Assembly (NCBI GenBank): GCA_038087875.1
Contig: CM075988.1
Span: 17,238,001 to 17,302,000 of the forward strand
Length of the DNA: 64,000 bases
Source of the DNA: Malacoraja senta
Lineage: Eukaryota
Reading direction: 5' to 3'
Shown here: piece by piece, positions 12,639 to 26,524 of the stretch
How positions within the stretch are numbered: the first letter of the stretch is position 1
Layout: the number at the start of each line of letters is the position of its first letter
The notes under the pieces: model-generated
What the model was told of the DNA's origin: nothing
Seen by the model: only the letters and a program-made list of their open reading frames with translations
Databases searched by the model: none
Position numbers and translations under genes: made by a program

Positions 12639-12958
12639 TGGCCCTGTTCCACGGTACGAGTTCATTTCAAGAGCTCTCCCGAGTTTGCCCTGATTCGAAC
12701 TCGGAGATTGACGGTAATGGCCGCTCGTCGGTACTCGGGGCTCTCGTGGACATTTTTCAACACGTTGAAAAATCTTCATGAGTCTTCCCGAGCTTACCTG
12801 CCGTTAGCGAGTCTTCCTGAGTACCTGCCATTAGCGCTAAGAGCCGTCCCCGAGCACCGACGTACCCGCTACGTTCATTCTCCGTGCTTACCACGAGTTT
12901 TATTTTTTTTTAACTCGGGAGAGCTCTTGGAATGAACTCGTACCGTGGGACAGGGCCA
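12639..12958. mobile_element. PIF/Harbinger-type MITE nested in a hammerhead-bearing element
   Basis: ~47-bp TIRs (tggccctgttccacggtacgagttcatt... / ...aatgaactcgtaccgtgggacagggcca); TAA TSD at 12636-12638 and 12959-12961. Confidence 0.88.
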
Positions 12959-15199
12959 TAACCCACAGAGTTACTCCAGCGCTTTGTGCCTATCTTCGGC
13001 ATAAATCAGTATCTGCAGTTCCATCCTACACAGCCAGATTGGTAGTTGAGGTAATATTGGGATCATGCAATGCTTGCCTTGTCAGAGAGACCACAACTAT
13101 TCACAATCGAGGCTATCCAACATGTAGAAATACAGTAGAACACAAAGTGCTGGAGTAACTCAGCAAGTCAGACAGCATCTGTGGAGGGAATGGATAGACA
13201 ACATTTCGGGTTGGGGCCCTAAAGACTAAAGAAGGGTCCCACCCCTAAATGTGACCTAACCATTCCCTCCACAGATGCTGCCTGACCAGCTGAGTTACTT
13301 CAGCACTTAGTGTCTTGCTCCAAGATTCCATCATTGGCAGTTCCTTGTGTCTCCACATGGAACTATGGGGCAATTTTCACCTATCTCAGAAGGTGGAGCA
13401 TCAATGTTGCTCTCTTCCCAATATCATAGTGTAAAACTACAGTGGAGACGACTTTAGTAAGGTGCACCCAATTGCAGCAGGAGGGACCGAGTTGTGGTCC
13501 TGCAAGTCTTTCTACCCCTCCTGCTATCACCTTTCTTTGATCATGCCCGCCAATGAAAGCACCCTTGACATTGACAAAGGCCATGAGAAGAAGACCCACT
13601 CTCATTAGTTTCCTAACAAGCTGAATGGTTTAAACGATCTTGCCAGTATCTCAGCCACAGAGAAAGCTGGTCATTTAGAAAACAGTAAGTGGAAAATGGG
13701 GCTCTTAACGGATTGTCTGAAAGAAATAACGATCATCTGAGGAACAGTAGAATCTGCAGTGAGAACAAAATACTCATTATACTTAGTTAATTGCATGAAT
13801 TAATGAGCTTGACCTGCGAATGCACTTTGGAATCAGTCGTTAGAACTTAAAGGAGATGATTGGAAAAAATGTGATCAGCGAGAAGAGATTATGTAAATAT
13901 GATAAATTCCTTGCATTCTTTCTTCATATTTTCTGGGAATTGATCTGATATGTAAAATATTCTGGGAATTGATCGGAATACTGCTTTGCTATTGCTGAGG
14001 AAAGAATGCTTCAAAGGATAGATTCCAAACTATTTGATTGTCTGCTTTGGAAATAATTTATTTAAATGTCACACTCTTAGTTCTGCACCAGCCCCTCCAC
14101 ACATTATCCCTCCCTTCCTCCCTCATAAAGAATAGCCTATATTTTCGTTAGGCTAATGGGTATGCAGATGTCTTGCTTCCATTTTGGTTCTGTGAGTTCT
14201 CGGTTAAGACCAAGGTAGGAACCACAGACTCTTCCGTGGATGGGGAATATGATCATGGGTGATCTACCCCAGACAATAACTCCTCCTCTGTGCCAGATCT
14301 TCACTGAAATCAATCTCCTCATGATTGCAAAATGTGTCTACCTCTCGCTGGGAAACAGCCAGAATATCCCTTCACAGTTTTGACATTGCTCTTAATTGTG
14401 CCAATTAAAAGATCCATGTCAGGAACTTTTGGGGAATGGGGAAAATAACTTAAAGGAGTGGGAGAAAAAGACCCTCAAATTAAATTTGGGGTCCCCTATT
14501 TCAAGCACATTCGTTTGAGAGTCGAGAGCAAGGAGACTTGAAACTGATCATCAAGCCATTCTGGATTGGATTTGGCAAAACACAAATTTCGAAATTTCCC
14601 TCCCCAACTGGCGACAGTGGGTTGAGTTGAAATTTTAAAGATGGAGATTGAAGTTTTTATTCAGTAAGATTATTAAAGACTAAGGAGTCATGGAGTCATG
14701 CAGTTTGGAATCAAGCCCTTCGGCCCAACTTGCCCATGCCGATCAACCATTCAGGCAATAAAACTAATTTGATGTGTAACTTGGTCAGGGTGTTACTGAA
14801 TGGGGGAAGGGTTTGTGGGGCTGAATTATTTGCTCCTCTTGTTAAGGAAAACATCGGATTTAAAGGAGATTAAATGATTTGACAAATTAAAAATTAAATT
14901 ATGCTATTTGGATAATAATTCAAAGATGGCGATAGCATGAAACTTTATTGCCACTTTTTGAGTGAAGATCTTTCGGGGGGGTACTTTGAAAAGAAAGTTA
15001 ATAGTATATCATTTACACTAATGAATGCAGCATATAAATTCAATGCAATAAGATGAAAAATAATTTTGGGAAATAATTGCGCTTTTGATAGTTTCCCTTA
15101 TTTTCCATCCGTCGGCATACTTTCAGAGTTTGAACTCATGGATTGACTTTGACCATGATATCAAAAACATAAAAAAATTAGGAGCTGTTGTCTCTTCTC

Positions 15200-16200
15200 C
15201 GGCATGCACCAAGATAATAACTGATCTCCTACCTCAGCTCCAAGTTCCTGTTTTATCACGCCATTTTATTCCTTTACTATCTAGATACGTATTAGAATAA
15301 GCTCAATAACCGAGTGTCTCCAATTCTCAAGAGTGAAGAATTGTCTCCAGATCTTAGAGCCGTGATTGTCCCTTATTCTGAGACATGAGCTCTGAATATA
15401 GATTTCTCAACCAGGGAAACCTCCTATACTAGGAGCACCACCTAGCATTCACCTTCTCAACCAGGAAACCTTACTTGCATTCACCCTGCGGTCTTGCAAA
15501 AATTGTATCTCAATGGATAGCTCTCCGCACTTCTGAACTCTAGAGAAAACAGTCTCAATTATTCTTCAACCTGCCATCTTGGGAAGCAATCTGGTGAATC
15601 TTTGTTGTATTCCCTAAAAGTATATTTCTTTTTAGGTCAGAAGATCAAAAATGTAGACAGGAGTGTTCCAAGTGGAATCTCAGCAAGGCCATACATATCT
15701 GCAGTGGGACATCTTTACCTCTCGTAATACGGCAAGATCCCATTTGCCTTCACAGCTGTTCGCTGCACCCATATGTCAGCTTTGAGTTACTTGTGTACAA
15801 GGACACCCAGGTCCCTTTGAACATGAACATTTCTCAATTTCTCACTATTTAAAGAACACTCTGCTCTTCAGTTTTATGTACCAAAATGGATGACTGTACA
15901 CTTTCCACATTATATTCCATCTGCCTTTCATTCGCACTCTCATTCTGCTTGTGTATATCTTTGCATTCTCTTCCCTTTTCACAGTCCCACCTAGTTCTGC
16001 AGTAGGTCTTAATTTGGAAATTTAACACTAAGTTGCCTCAGCCAAACCATTGATGTAGGTTGTGGATAACTGGGGCCCAAGCAGTGAACCTTGCAATACC
16101 CCGCTGGCTACACCTGACCAGCTGGAGAGAGACGTGTTTATTCACACTTCCTGCTTTTTATCTGGGAGCTAATGCTTAAATATGTCTGTTAGTTAACCCC
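15200..16200 (-). mobile_element. Ancient, highly decayed CR1 LINE 3' portion
   Basis: Reverse strand retains GVLQGSLLGPQL-like and downstream RT/3' UTR similarity; no open frame. Confidence 0.55.
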
Positions 16201-17559
16201 CATATAGATTGTGGCATTTCCCTCCTGCTCCTGCCCTTCTTTTGCAGTCCCTCAGAATTGGGGATGAGTTGCTTCCACTTGGCATCTGAGATGGTTGACT
16301 CGACCAACATGGGTACTGCGGGCTCTTCCACTAAATGGGCAGTTAATGCCTATTGAGACATTGTGGGCGATGTTATGTCTCCTCAAGGAGGCATTGTGCA
16401 CATCCATGAACCTTCTCCTCTGCCCTACTATTAATGTTACGCGAGTAGGTTAGAAGTTATCTTTTCTCTCTTTCGTTCCTTTCTAGAATATTGGGATCAG
16501 CTTTGCTACTTTCCCATCTGCAGGAACCATTCCAAAATCTATTGTCTATTGAAAGAGAAAGGGTTTGATGTTAAAGTAAGTGGTCCAGGAATTCCTAATA
16601 CATGAAATATTTACCAACATTTATCTCTGCTTCCATGGTCAATCACTTCATTTGGGTTTTTCATCAACTACAAATGTTATAACTCAGCGGTAGTGCTGCT
16701 CCTTGCCCATTCATTGTTCTCTGGGTTCTTGTCCAGATTAAGACAATCGGGAGGTCTCACAGCCTACACATCATGAATTGGGTTCGATTAGATTTGTTTC
16801 GTTTCACGTATACCAGAGGGCAGTGAAATTCCTTGTTTGCATGTAGCTCATCGAGCAAGCAGTACGCATTGTAATGAAAGATAGGCACCACAATAATTAC
16901 AGTGACAAATGCAAAATAGTAATAACATCTTCCTGCAAAGATTGTAATGCGATCTGATGTAGACAAAAAAAAAGACTGAAGTAGAACAATGGAATAATGG
17001 GATGAGGTAGAGTTGTGTGGTGGGCACATTCACAAAATTGCTACGGAGAGGTCAGGGGAAAGACGTAGTGGACCTATCGACGCAAGGCTTTCATCTGCGC
17101 CCTGAAGTACTGCTGCCTGGTGTACTTTCACTTGATTAAGATGTAAGACTTGCTCAGGGGAGACATGTAGGGAAGTAGAATGCTTTGTCATTTTACAAGA
17201 CCCATTTATATCCTTGATGCCTGACATCTGTGTATTGAAATATTGAAATGCTTTGAAGCTTATTACCTTGCTATGCCTAGATTTCTGATTGAACTTGCTG
17301 TTACTGTACATAAATCGCAGTTTCATTTTAATATTGTGAGTTAATGTGTTTTATATGCTTGGAGTTCTGTTTAGAACAAAAATATTAAGAGCAGAGAATT
17401 ACTTCAATGGATGAGCACTGCAATATTGAAAATAATGGATATTATATTTCACTGACCATTTGAACATTTACGCAATGCAGTGTGTGCTTAATAGTGAAGT
17501 GCCTCGCTTCATTGGTTAACATCTTTAAAGAGGGAGATTTGCCGTTAGAAGCCTATTTT

Positions 17560-17730
17560 GATTTCTTCTTCTTTGGCATTCCCTTGGGATCAAGGATGAA
17601 GCTTGCATTCCTGTTTTGTGAGCTCTGGTATGACTGATGAGGCCAAACTGGGAACTCCGCCACAGATGGGGCAGGACATGGCCGATGGGGTGGGCAGTGT
17701 GAGGAGGTCCACTGCTTTCACTGTTCATCT
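17560..17730 (-). mobile_element. RTE-clade LINE 3' end
   Basis: C-terminal SQFGLISHTRAH motif followed by an (AGA)n-like tail. Confidence 0.6.
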
Positions 17731-17734
17731 AGAC

Positions 17735-18350
17735 ATTCAATAATGACGTGCTGATGCGGAGGCTAGTGGGCTTGAAAGTTGAGGACCAAGAGAACTATAT
17801 CTGCCTGATCTTTCGAGAGGTGGTGCGAGGGCTGACGTGAGGGAAATGGAGGAAATGCATGTAAGTTTTCCATCTCCTATGGCAGCGGGCAACTCGTCTT
17901 TCCCCGAAGAAGGAGAATAATTCATAAGATCCCGAGTGGAAAGCCTCATCTTGAGAATAGTAGTTTTGGAGATGGAGAAAATTAGGGAAAGGAATGACGT
18001 CCATACAGGAAACAGTAGATGAGATCTGGGAGAGGACACTGACATTGATATTTTTCTCCTTCCATTGAATTTGGAGGATTTTACAGATATGGTGTCGGTG
18101 GTATTTTTCCAGTACCTACTGTAGGTAGGTGGTCCAGATCTCAATGTGTAGGAGGGCAGAAATTATCGTGGCCTGGAAGACCATGAGTTTCATGCGAAGC
18201 TTCGGGTCTTCACCATGGGAGCTTTATTGATGAGGTCAGTGTGGGCAGGTTGGTAGAGTACCTTTGCCTTGCAGTGGTTTGGGTAACATCCATTTTCTTG
18301 CCTGCTTAAGTGAAAGACTCCATGATGGATTGGAACTTGGCCTTCAAGCA
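17735..18350 (-). mobile_element. Penelope-like element RT relic
   Basis: VIPFPNFLHLQNYYSQDEAFHSGSYELFSFF resembles the PLE RT thumb (IPFSQFLRLRRICS.DE.F). Confidence 0.6.
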
Positions 18351-20019
18351 TGAGGACATGTGTCATCTCACTGTCGCAGTTCGGTTACTGTTAGGGTGAT
18401 ACTGGTTCTTGTAGATTGCACCGTTCCCATTATTTCTGAGGATTAACTCTGTCTCGGGTGATGTTTGTTGGAGGGAAGGTGCAATATTGGGGTGAGGATT
18501 GAAAAATGCTTTGGGTCAATGATACATGAAGTTTGAAAAATGTTCGACATCACCTACAAAATGATGGATTGAAAGATTTAAGCGAGGTTGAGCGGGTCTC
18601 TGTACGGGGCCTGGTGCTGTTTCCTGCATTTTTGTTGGAGTTATGGTGAGCATCATCTCCACTTTGCATCTAGATAGACAGCGGAAGAATGTCGCACTGA
18701 AACCTTGATGTCTTTCTTTTTAGTTCTGGCAACCAGTTTTTTTGTTGGTTATTTTTTCAGTGATTTAATATAACGTGGGTTCATGCAGGGTAGGATATTG
18801 TCAACAGTGACTGAAGTGGAGATCTCTTTGCAAATCGGCACACGTTAGTGAATGCGTAACTTGAGAAGAGGAAGCAAAAGTGACGGTTAGAACTGGCACG
18901 AATGTAGCGCCAGTCATGGGTTAACGATGTATGTGATGCGGCTCATGGTCAACGTTAGCGGGTTCCCTTGTTATGCAAATACTACAGATCGATACACAGT
19001 GGGATCCCATGAACAGTAAAAAGATAGCTGACCATTAATCTGTTTTATGACGTTGGTTGCATGATAAATGCTGACAAGAACATCTGGATAATTCCCTGTG
19101 GGAGGAGGTGAAAAAGAGATGAGAGGGATTTATCAATGTTAACATCCATTGTGAGAAAGGTACAAGGGACTGTTATGTTTTTAATGAACCACCATGAAAA
19201 GGAGAGATTCTAATAGATTCTTGAAGCATTAGCTTTTGCCTATGTATTCATTGAAATAAAGGGGGAAAAGATGTGCATTTTCCAGCTCCTTTCTAAATCT
19301 TAGTCCATCGCAAACACTTCACAGCCAATAAGTATGTACTTTAAGTGTAATCACTGCTGTGATGAAACTAATTTATCCCTAACAAGCTTCCACAAAGAGC
19401 AATTAATGACCAGACAAAATCTGGGTCAGTAAAGTTAATAGATGGAAATCTTTTGGGTGGGCTGATAGTGATAGTTATCTTGCTCTCCTATAAAACAATG
19501 TTTTGGCATATTTTATATCCACCTGAAAGGATAACAGAGCCCTTGATTATGTAAATGACAAATGGATGCAAGTGAACTTGCAAGACCTAAAAGACAAAGC
19601 ATTCATATTTCAATAAGTTGTGCCTGTCTCTGATAACACCCGTGGCACTTGAACAAGAAAAAAATATTTCTGCATGAGGGTTCGTGTCAAGCACATCGAA
19701 TGTCATTAAAGCAATTCCAGAAGTGCTGTATCAAAATGGTTTTAGACATGCTTAAAATGCACATCACCTACACTAAACATGACCAACAGCTGTTGTATGT
19801 GGAGAGGGGATTTGCTAAATATTCAGAGTTTGTCTTCACCTAAGATCGATATGGTGCCAAAAATGTAAATGTGATTCTGGCCAGGCATGGTAACTGAACA
19901 TTAAATTAGTTAACAGATCGAGCTGATGTTGAATCATTGCTGTGCTTCTGACTAAATCTTTAGGAATGATCAATCGCTCTGAACAGTAAAAGTCAGAAAC
20001 CCATTAAAACCAAAAAATC

Positions 20020-20275
20020 AAACTCGTGGTAAGTACGTAGAATGTATGTTGCGGGTACGTTGGAGCTCGGGACGTCTCAGCGGCTCGTAACGCTAACGGC
20101 AGGTACTCGGTAAACGCGGTAAGCTCAGGAAGACTCGTGAAGACTTTTCAACATGTTGAAAAATGTCCACGGGAGCCCCGAGCACCTACGAGCGGCCATT
20201 ACCGTAAATCTCCGAGTTCGAATTAGGGGAAACTTGGGAGAACTCTTGAATTAGCTTGTACAGTGGGACAGCCCT
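20020..20275. mobile_element. Truncated, oppositely oriented copy of the 12639 Harbinger MITE family
   Basis: Reverse-complement similarity to 12639-12900; ends gtacagtgggacagccct; palindrome ttttcaacatgttgaaaa. Confidence 0.75.
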
Positions 20276-20627
20276 ATTAGTCTTGGAAAAGATCTTGTCT
20301 TTAACTGAAGAGTGAGTGAGGATTCAATTAACATATTTATATTCCCAAGGAGACCTCACAGGTTGGATGCAGAGAAGTTGTTTCTCCTTTTGGTTGAATC
20401 TAGAACAAGGATTACTGTTTAAAAATAAAGAATTGCCCATTTAAGACACAGACATGGAAGTGTTTGCTCTGAAGGTCGTGAGTCTTTGGACCGCTCTTCT
20501 TCAAAGGGAAATGGAAACACATACTTCATTAGACAGGGGATTGCAGGTGGATGGGTAGATGAAGGTGAGATTACTGTCACATCAGCCATGATCTTATTAA
20601 ATAGCAAAGCAGGGGCTGGATGGCTTA

Positions 20628-21176
20628 AGGGCCTGTCCCACGGGCATGCGACTCCATGCGGCAAGCGCGACCTAACCGCAAGCGGGGGTCGCGCGGATGT
20701 CGAGTGATCCCCGTATAGGGCTGGTCCCACCAGCATGCGGCTGCATGCGGCATACGCTACCAAATCGGAAGCGGGGGCCGCGCGGAGGTCGAGTGCTGTC
20801 AAGACGGTGCGTACGGCGGCAAGGCGGTGCGCACGGCCTCGATACGGCTGCGTCTGGCGTCGAGGCGGTGCGCACGGCCTCGATGCGGCTGCGTCCGGCG
20901 TCAAGGCGGTGCGCACGGCCGTCGATGCGGCTGCGTCCGGCGTCAAGGCGGTGCGCACGGCCGTCGATGGGGCAGGCCGTTGCCGCACGGAATTTTTGAA
21001 CAGTGTCAGTTTTTCGGAGCCCCGCGCGATGTCGGGACCAGCTCCGCACAACTCCATGCGGCTCCCGCGATCGAAGTGGGACCGACCACGCGACCTCCGC
21101 GTGGCCCCCGCACGGCACCCGCTTGCGGTTAGGTCGCGCTTGCCGCATGGAGTCGCATGCCCATGGGACAGGTCCT
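20628..21176. mobile_element. GC/CpG-rich PIF/Harbinger-type MITE with internal minisatellite
   Basis: ~59-bp TIRs (agggcctgtcccacgggcatgcgactccatgcggcaagcgcgacctaaccgcaagcggg); TTA TSD at 20625-20627 and 21177-21179; ~4 copies of a 41-42-bp unit at ~20800-20968. Confidence 0.9.
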
Positions 21177-22349
21177 TTACTCAATAGCTTCCTAATTTCC
21201 ATTTTCATAGCTTGCAAACATTCTTCAAAGCCAGATCATCACTCACTTTTGCACAACACGCACAATTTTCTATCGAGGAAGTTGTCTGTGATTAGATGCA
21301 GCTTCCTTTTGCGAGTACTATCTTTGATAAGTTTTTTAATACAAGCTCTTCACACCAGACCTCATCTTCAAAGAAGCTCGACAGGGAAATTCCCTCGTGG
21401 GAATTTTGGGCCTGGGCATGCAGTACATTTCATGCTTTGAAACGGAAACATGGGCAGGGAAAGGTTAAAAAGGAAGAGTGTGTGAAAGCAACTGAGTGAA
21501 GCGTATGGAAAGTCTCTGGTTGTCATGGGGCCCGGGTCCCCAGTGCAGATCAGTATTATTCCGTATGATGTGAGTCTTGCACACACCACTTTGCTTATGT
21601 GATCAAAGTCTCGGGGGGGGGGGGGGAAGGAAGATCCTCAGCTCCAAATAAATCTTGACTGGTGCACATCAGTCAGCGCAGTCTAATTAAGAAAGTGCTC
21701 TTTATTAATACTTCTGAGACCTGAGACGGCGGGGAAAAACATCCATGCTTCCGCGCTGCACAAACCCTAGTTGGTTCCTGGGAATAAAAATACTTGCAAT
21801 TATGCATGATATGTATCAAACTTTGGGCATTTCTTGAAGTGTGGTCCCCAATGGGAGGTAGGAAACAGGGCGGCTAACGTGACAAGGTCTCGCAAGCAGC
21901 GAATGGTGGTGGGAAGATGGGATTTGCACAGGCCAAGAGGGTCACTCAACAGGATGCTACCCAAGGTTGACAGAAAATGCTGGAGTAACTCAGCGGGTGA
22001 GGCAGCATCTCTGGAGAGAAGGAACGGGCGAGACCCTTTGGATCCTACCCAATATCTTTCTGGGCATATTTACTGGTTCTTTTGTGGAGTATTTAAACAA
22101 GATTGGCAGAAAAGGTTTGATAAGAAAACTAAGCACAGATTCCGAAAAGAGGAAGCCTGAGCTGGCTACAAAAGGTGGAAAAGTAGCGAGAGAGCATTCT
22201 CAAGTTAGAGGGGAAACTCATATTATGACGAGGTGTATTCCTGGAAAGTGCTTAGTTAAAATTACATTTCAAAAGGAATTAGATATGCAAAAATGGAAAT
22301 ACACCCATTCATGTTTAATTTTGATGGGTTGATAATGTAATTTTGCAAG

Positions 22350-22842
22350 AATGATCACAGGAATGGTTAGGTTAAGCTATGATGAGCGTTTGTCGGCACT
22401 GGGCCTGTACTCGCTAGAGTTTAGAAAGATGAGGGGGGACCTCATTGAAACATACAGAATAGTGAAAGGCTTGGATAGAGTGGATGTGGAGAGAAAGTTT
22501 CCACTAGTGGGAGAGTCTAGGATTAGAGGTTACAGCATCAGAATTAAAGGACTAGAGATCATAGCCCTAGAATTAAAGGACGTTTTTTTAGGAAGGAGAT
22601 GAGAAATTTCTTTAGTCAGAGGGTGGTGAATCTTTGTCACAGAAGGCAGTGGAGGCCAATTCACTGGATGTTTTCAAGAGAGAATTAGATATAGCTCTTA
22701 GGGCTAAGGGAATCAAGGGATGTGGGGAAAAAGCCAGAACAGGACACTGATTTTGGATGATCAGCCATGTTCATATTGAATGGCAGTACTGGTCCGAAGG
22801 ACTGAATGGCCTACTCCTGCACCTATTTTCTACGTTTCTATG
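22350..22842 (+). mobile_element. CR1 3' fragment
   Basis: LSYDERLSALGLYSLEFRKMRGDLIETY, plus 3' UTR and tail. Confidence 0.85.
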
Positions 22843-23814
22843 TCACCCATTCCTTCTCTCCAGAGATGCTGCCGGTCCTGCTGAGTTACTCCAGCATTTT
22901 GTGTCTACCTTCGATTTAAACCAGCATCTGCAGTTCTTTCCTACACAGATTCTAGATTCGTACAGGTGCTGAGGTTATGGGGAGAAGGCACGATAATGGG
23001 GTTAGGAGGGAGAGATAGATCAGCCATGATTGAATGGCGGAGTAGACTTGATGGGGCGAATGGCCTAATTCTACTCCCATCACTTATATCCTTATGATAA
23101 TGATACTAAGTAAAGTTATACATGCAAATAAAGGTGAATTATAAACTAAGCTGAAAAACATTTCATAAATAAACCATTAATTAAAGTAACACCTACATGT
23201 AACTTCTTTCTGAGATTTATTGACAAGGCAGGACTAAACGATGGCTTGTGGGGGTAGGAGACAAATGAAGCTCTTTGCTGATTGCCTCATGTCAAGCATA
23301 AACAAGTCTGGTGCCTACTTGTAATGTTAAAATTATCCTATGGATTTATTTTATTGCAACAAAAGTGAAAAGGTTACAGGACTTTGATGTCATTGATTTT
23401 TGTTTTATGGGACAAAGTTTTAATGTTAAGAGGTATTATTGGCTCAGTTGCAAGAAGCAAAGGGTAACCGCTTGTAGGCACTTATGCAATTGGAAGGCTG
23501 TTACAGCAGAGTTCCACAAGGCTGAGTATTTAGTCTCCAGCTATTTGTGATATATTTAGACATAAGATGTAGGAGTTATGATGAAGATGTTTGCAGATGA
23601 TATAAAAGTTGACTGCGTTTGGTTGACAGTGAGAGGAAAGATGTAGACTGCAGGAGAATACTGATAGATTGGACAGTTGGATTAAGAAGTAGTAAACAAA
23701 ATCTCCATTTAGAAAAGTGTGTGGTCACGCGTTAGGGGAAATGCAACAAGGCAAGGGAATATGCAATAGATGGGCAGGGTCTAAGATGTGTGGAAGAACA
23801 GAAGAACCGAGAAG

Positions 23815-24350
23815 TCATAGAGGTGGACAACACAGAAATGGGCCCTTGTCTGTGCTGAACATGATGCCAAATTCAACGAACCTCCTCTACCTGCACATGA
23901 TCTATACCCCTCCATTCCCTGCATATCTTTGTGCCTATCTAAAAGCCTTTTAAACACCACGATTGTATCTGCTTCCACCACCACTCCTGGCAGTGTGTTC
24001 CAGGCAACAGCAACCCTCTATGTCGGGGGAAAAGAACTTGCCCTGGACATCTCCTTTAAACTTTGCCTCTCTGACTTTAAAACTGTGCCCTTCATTATAT
24101 TATATTTCCATCCTGGGCAAAAGGTTCTGACTGCCTACCCTGTCTATGCCTCTAAGAATTTTATAGAGTTCTATCAGGTCCCCCTCAGCCTCCAAAGCTC
24201 CAGATGAAACAATCTAAATGTTTCCAACCTCTACTTATAGCTAACCCCCTCTGATCCAGGCAGCATCTATCCTGGTTAACCTATTCTGCACCCTCTCTGT
24301 AGCCTCCACATCCTTCCTATAATGAAGTGATAAGCATTGCAAACAATACT
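23815..24350 (-). mobile_element. CR1/HER1-like 3' fragment
   Basis: VVEADTIVVFKRLLDRH and YRKDVEATERVQ remnants. Confidence 0.75.
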
Positions 24351-26524
24351 GCCAATGTTTCTGGTCACCGTATTGCAGTTCAATATCGCTGACTGGATAG
24401 CGCGCAACAAAAGTTTTCACTGCACCTTGGTACACGTGACAACAAACTAAACTGTAACTGTAGGAAAGGTGAGATTGCCCTGGAGAAGGGCAAAGAACAT
24501 TTGCAAGCATGTTGCCAGCATTTTGGCAAGGTGGAACGAATGGGATAAGCCGGTGTCATGTTGTTTGTGGGGAGATTTAATTGAAGTGTATAATATTATA
24601 AGGCAACTCGACAGAGTAAATAGTTCCAATGTAATGCCCTTTCCAGAGGATAAATATTTGGCACATTTGGAAGAAGGATTAAGGGGAGATGAGAAAAATT
24701 CTATCCACCTCGGGGACTGGAACTCAAAACGGTGCTTGGGGCAGAATTCTTCACCACGTTAAAAAGTGCTTGCATGTGTACTTGAACAACCATGACCTGC
24801 AGAGCGACAGAATTATGGTCAGAAGATGGGAGTAAGCAGTTTTGGTTGTCAAAAACTCGATAGAATGACAGGCCTGTAACATGAATTTTCTAATGGTCCA
24901 CAGTTACAAGATTATTGCCTCGAAATACATCCCAGGTCGATAGTTGGAACGTGTTATATAGTGGCAGCAAGGCATTCTGCTTCACTTCTGTAATTTGATT
25001 CCAGTGAAGTCAATGATTCTGAATTTCAGAAGCAGAATGAAATGTACAACTGCCAGTAGATAGCACAACTTCCTGTGTATATATAGTACTAGGCAATTCC
25101 ATTTCAGTACTGAGGGTGGAAGATAAATATTGACCAGAAACTGAATAATCACCCTTGCTTTTCAATAAAGTGTTGTGGGATCTTATACCTGTGTCTAAGA
25201 GTGCAAACAGGGCTTGGTTTAATTGCACATCCAATAACACTCTCTGACAATATTACACACTTTCATTTTATTTGTCAGAATCCCGGTATTATAACGTTGA
25301 CCTGTGAAGCAACAGTTTTGTGAGGTTTAATCACTGCCTCAAAGTTTTGAAATCAGAAGCTGCAGCCACATAAACGAAGACATATTTATCAGAATAGTGT
25401 GTGGCTGGGAGCCACTTAACGCAAGTGGCCCAGAAACTGAATACTCTATTTATACAACAGTGATTGTTCATCAATGTATGGGTATAATTGTTAGGAAAAA
25501 ATTGAGGTGGTGTCTGGAGCTGACCTCGGGAGTATGCGGATCTGTGGAGAGCAAATCAGCGGGCAGAAAGAACCGAGTGCACTGCCTGAGAGAGTCAGGG
25601 TAAGTTTTTATGCTGACACTTCTTGAGGTTAGAGAGTGACCTATTGATCCACAATTGGAGAGAGGGTTGCAATTCGAATGAGGCAAATGTTCCCAGTGGC
25701 GTATCAGGGAAAGAGGAAGCCATAACCCTTAGGGAGAGAGGAAGGAAAAACAAATCAATTAACAGCCTGAGCACACCTTATAAATAGCACTGTACCAACA
25801 ATGAGGCCGATAGTGTGAAGTCACTATGAATTAACTACATTTGTGCCAACGCATTGATTCTAAAAGATTGCATAAATTTTGATGATCGAGCCAAGGTAAA
25901 GTACATTGTGATTTACTCAGTCTGTCAATATTTAATGAATCAGCTGTTAAAGACCGGGCGATCAGATTAACCTTCAGAGTGCTGACACACACAAGATGGG
26001 CTGAACAGCCCCCTTTGCTGTAAATGGTGATTGTGAAAGTTAAAGTGGGTGCTGTGCTTTCTCAACAGCTTCATGCTGTGCCTGAGTGCGTCAGTGAGTG
26101 TCACACACTTGGGAGGACAATCGAGGTTACACAAAAACGGTAGGAAGGAACTGCAGATGCTGGTTTATGCCGAAGATAGACACAAAATGCTGGAGTAACT
26201 CAGCATCACTGGAGAAAAGAAATAGGTGACATTTTGGGTCAAAACCCTTCTTGGGGTTTCCTTTTCTTCAGAGATGCTGCCTGACCAGCTGAGTTACTCC
26301 AGCATTTTTTATCTATCTGACACAAATTGGGGCTGTATTCCCAGGAATTTGGAAATGAAGGGTTAATTAGTTTGAAATCTTAAGGAGAACTCATGATTTT
26401 GACAGTAACTTCTGTCATCAGTTGCAGAATCTAGGACCGGGGGCACAGACTAAAATGTAGAGGCAGCCTTCTCTGAATTGTTGTATACTCCAATAGTTTG
26501 CAGTTATTTTCCTTAAATGGATCC

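Noticed and set aside
13930..13982. Local duplication ttctgggaattgatc (and a similar one at 270-318)
   Set aside because: Ordinary slippage-type micro-duplications with no further structure.
17632..17660. ctgatgaggcc...gaa as a hammerhead
   Set aside because: It is the antisense of RTE coding sequence (GLISH); no GAAA/NUH arrangement.
20800..20968. CRISPR-like or iteron-like repeat array
   Set aside because: Head-to-tail tandem units with no unique spacers, inside a MITE in vertebrate DNA.
20419..21440. Cluster of overlapping Arg/Ala-rich ORFs
   Set aside because: Artefact of the GC-rich palindromic MITE and its tandem array, which is poor in stop codons.
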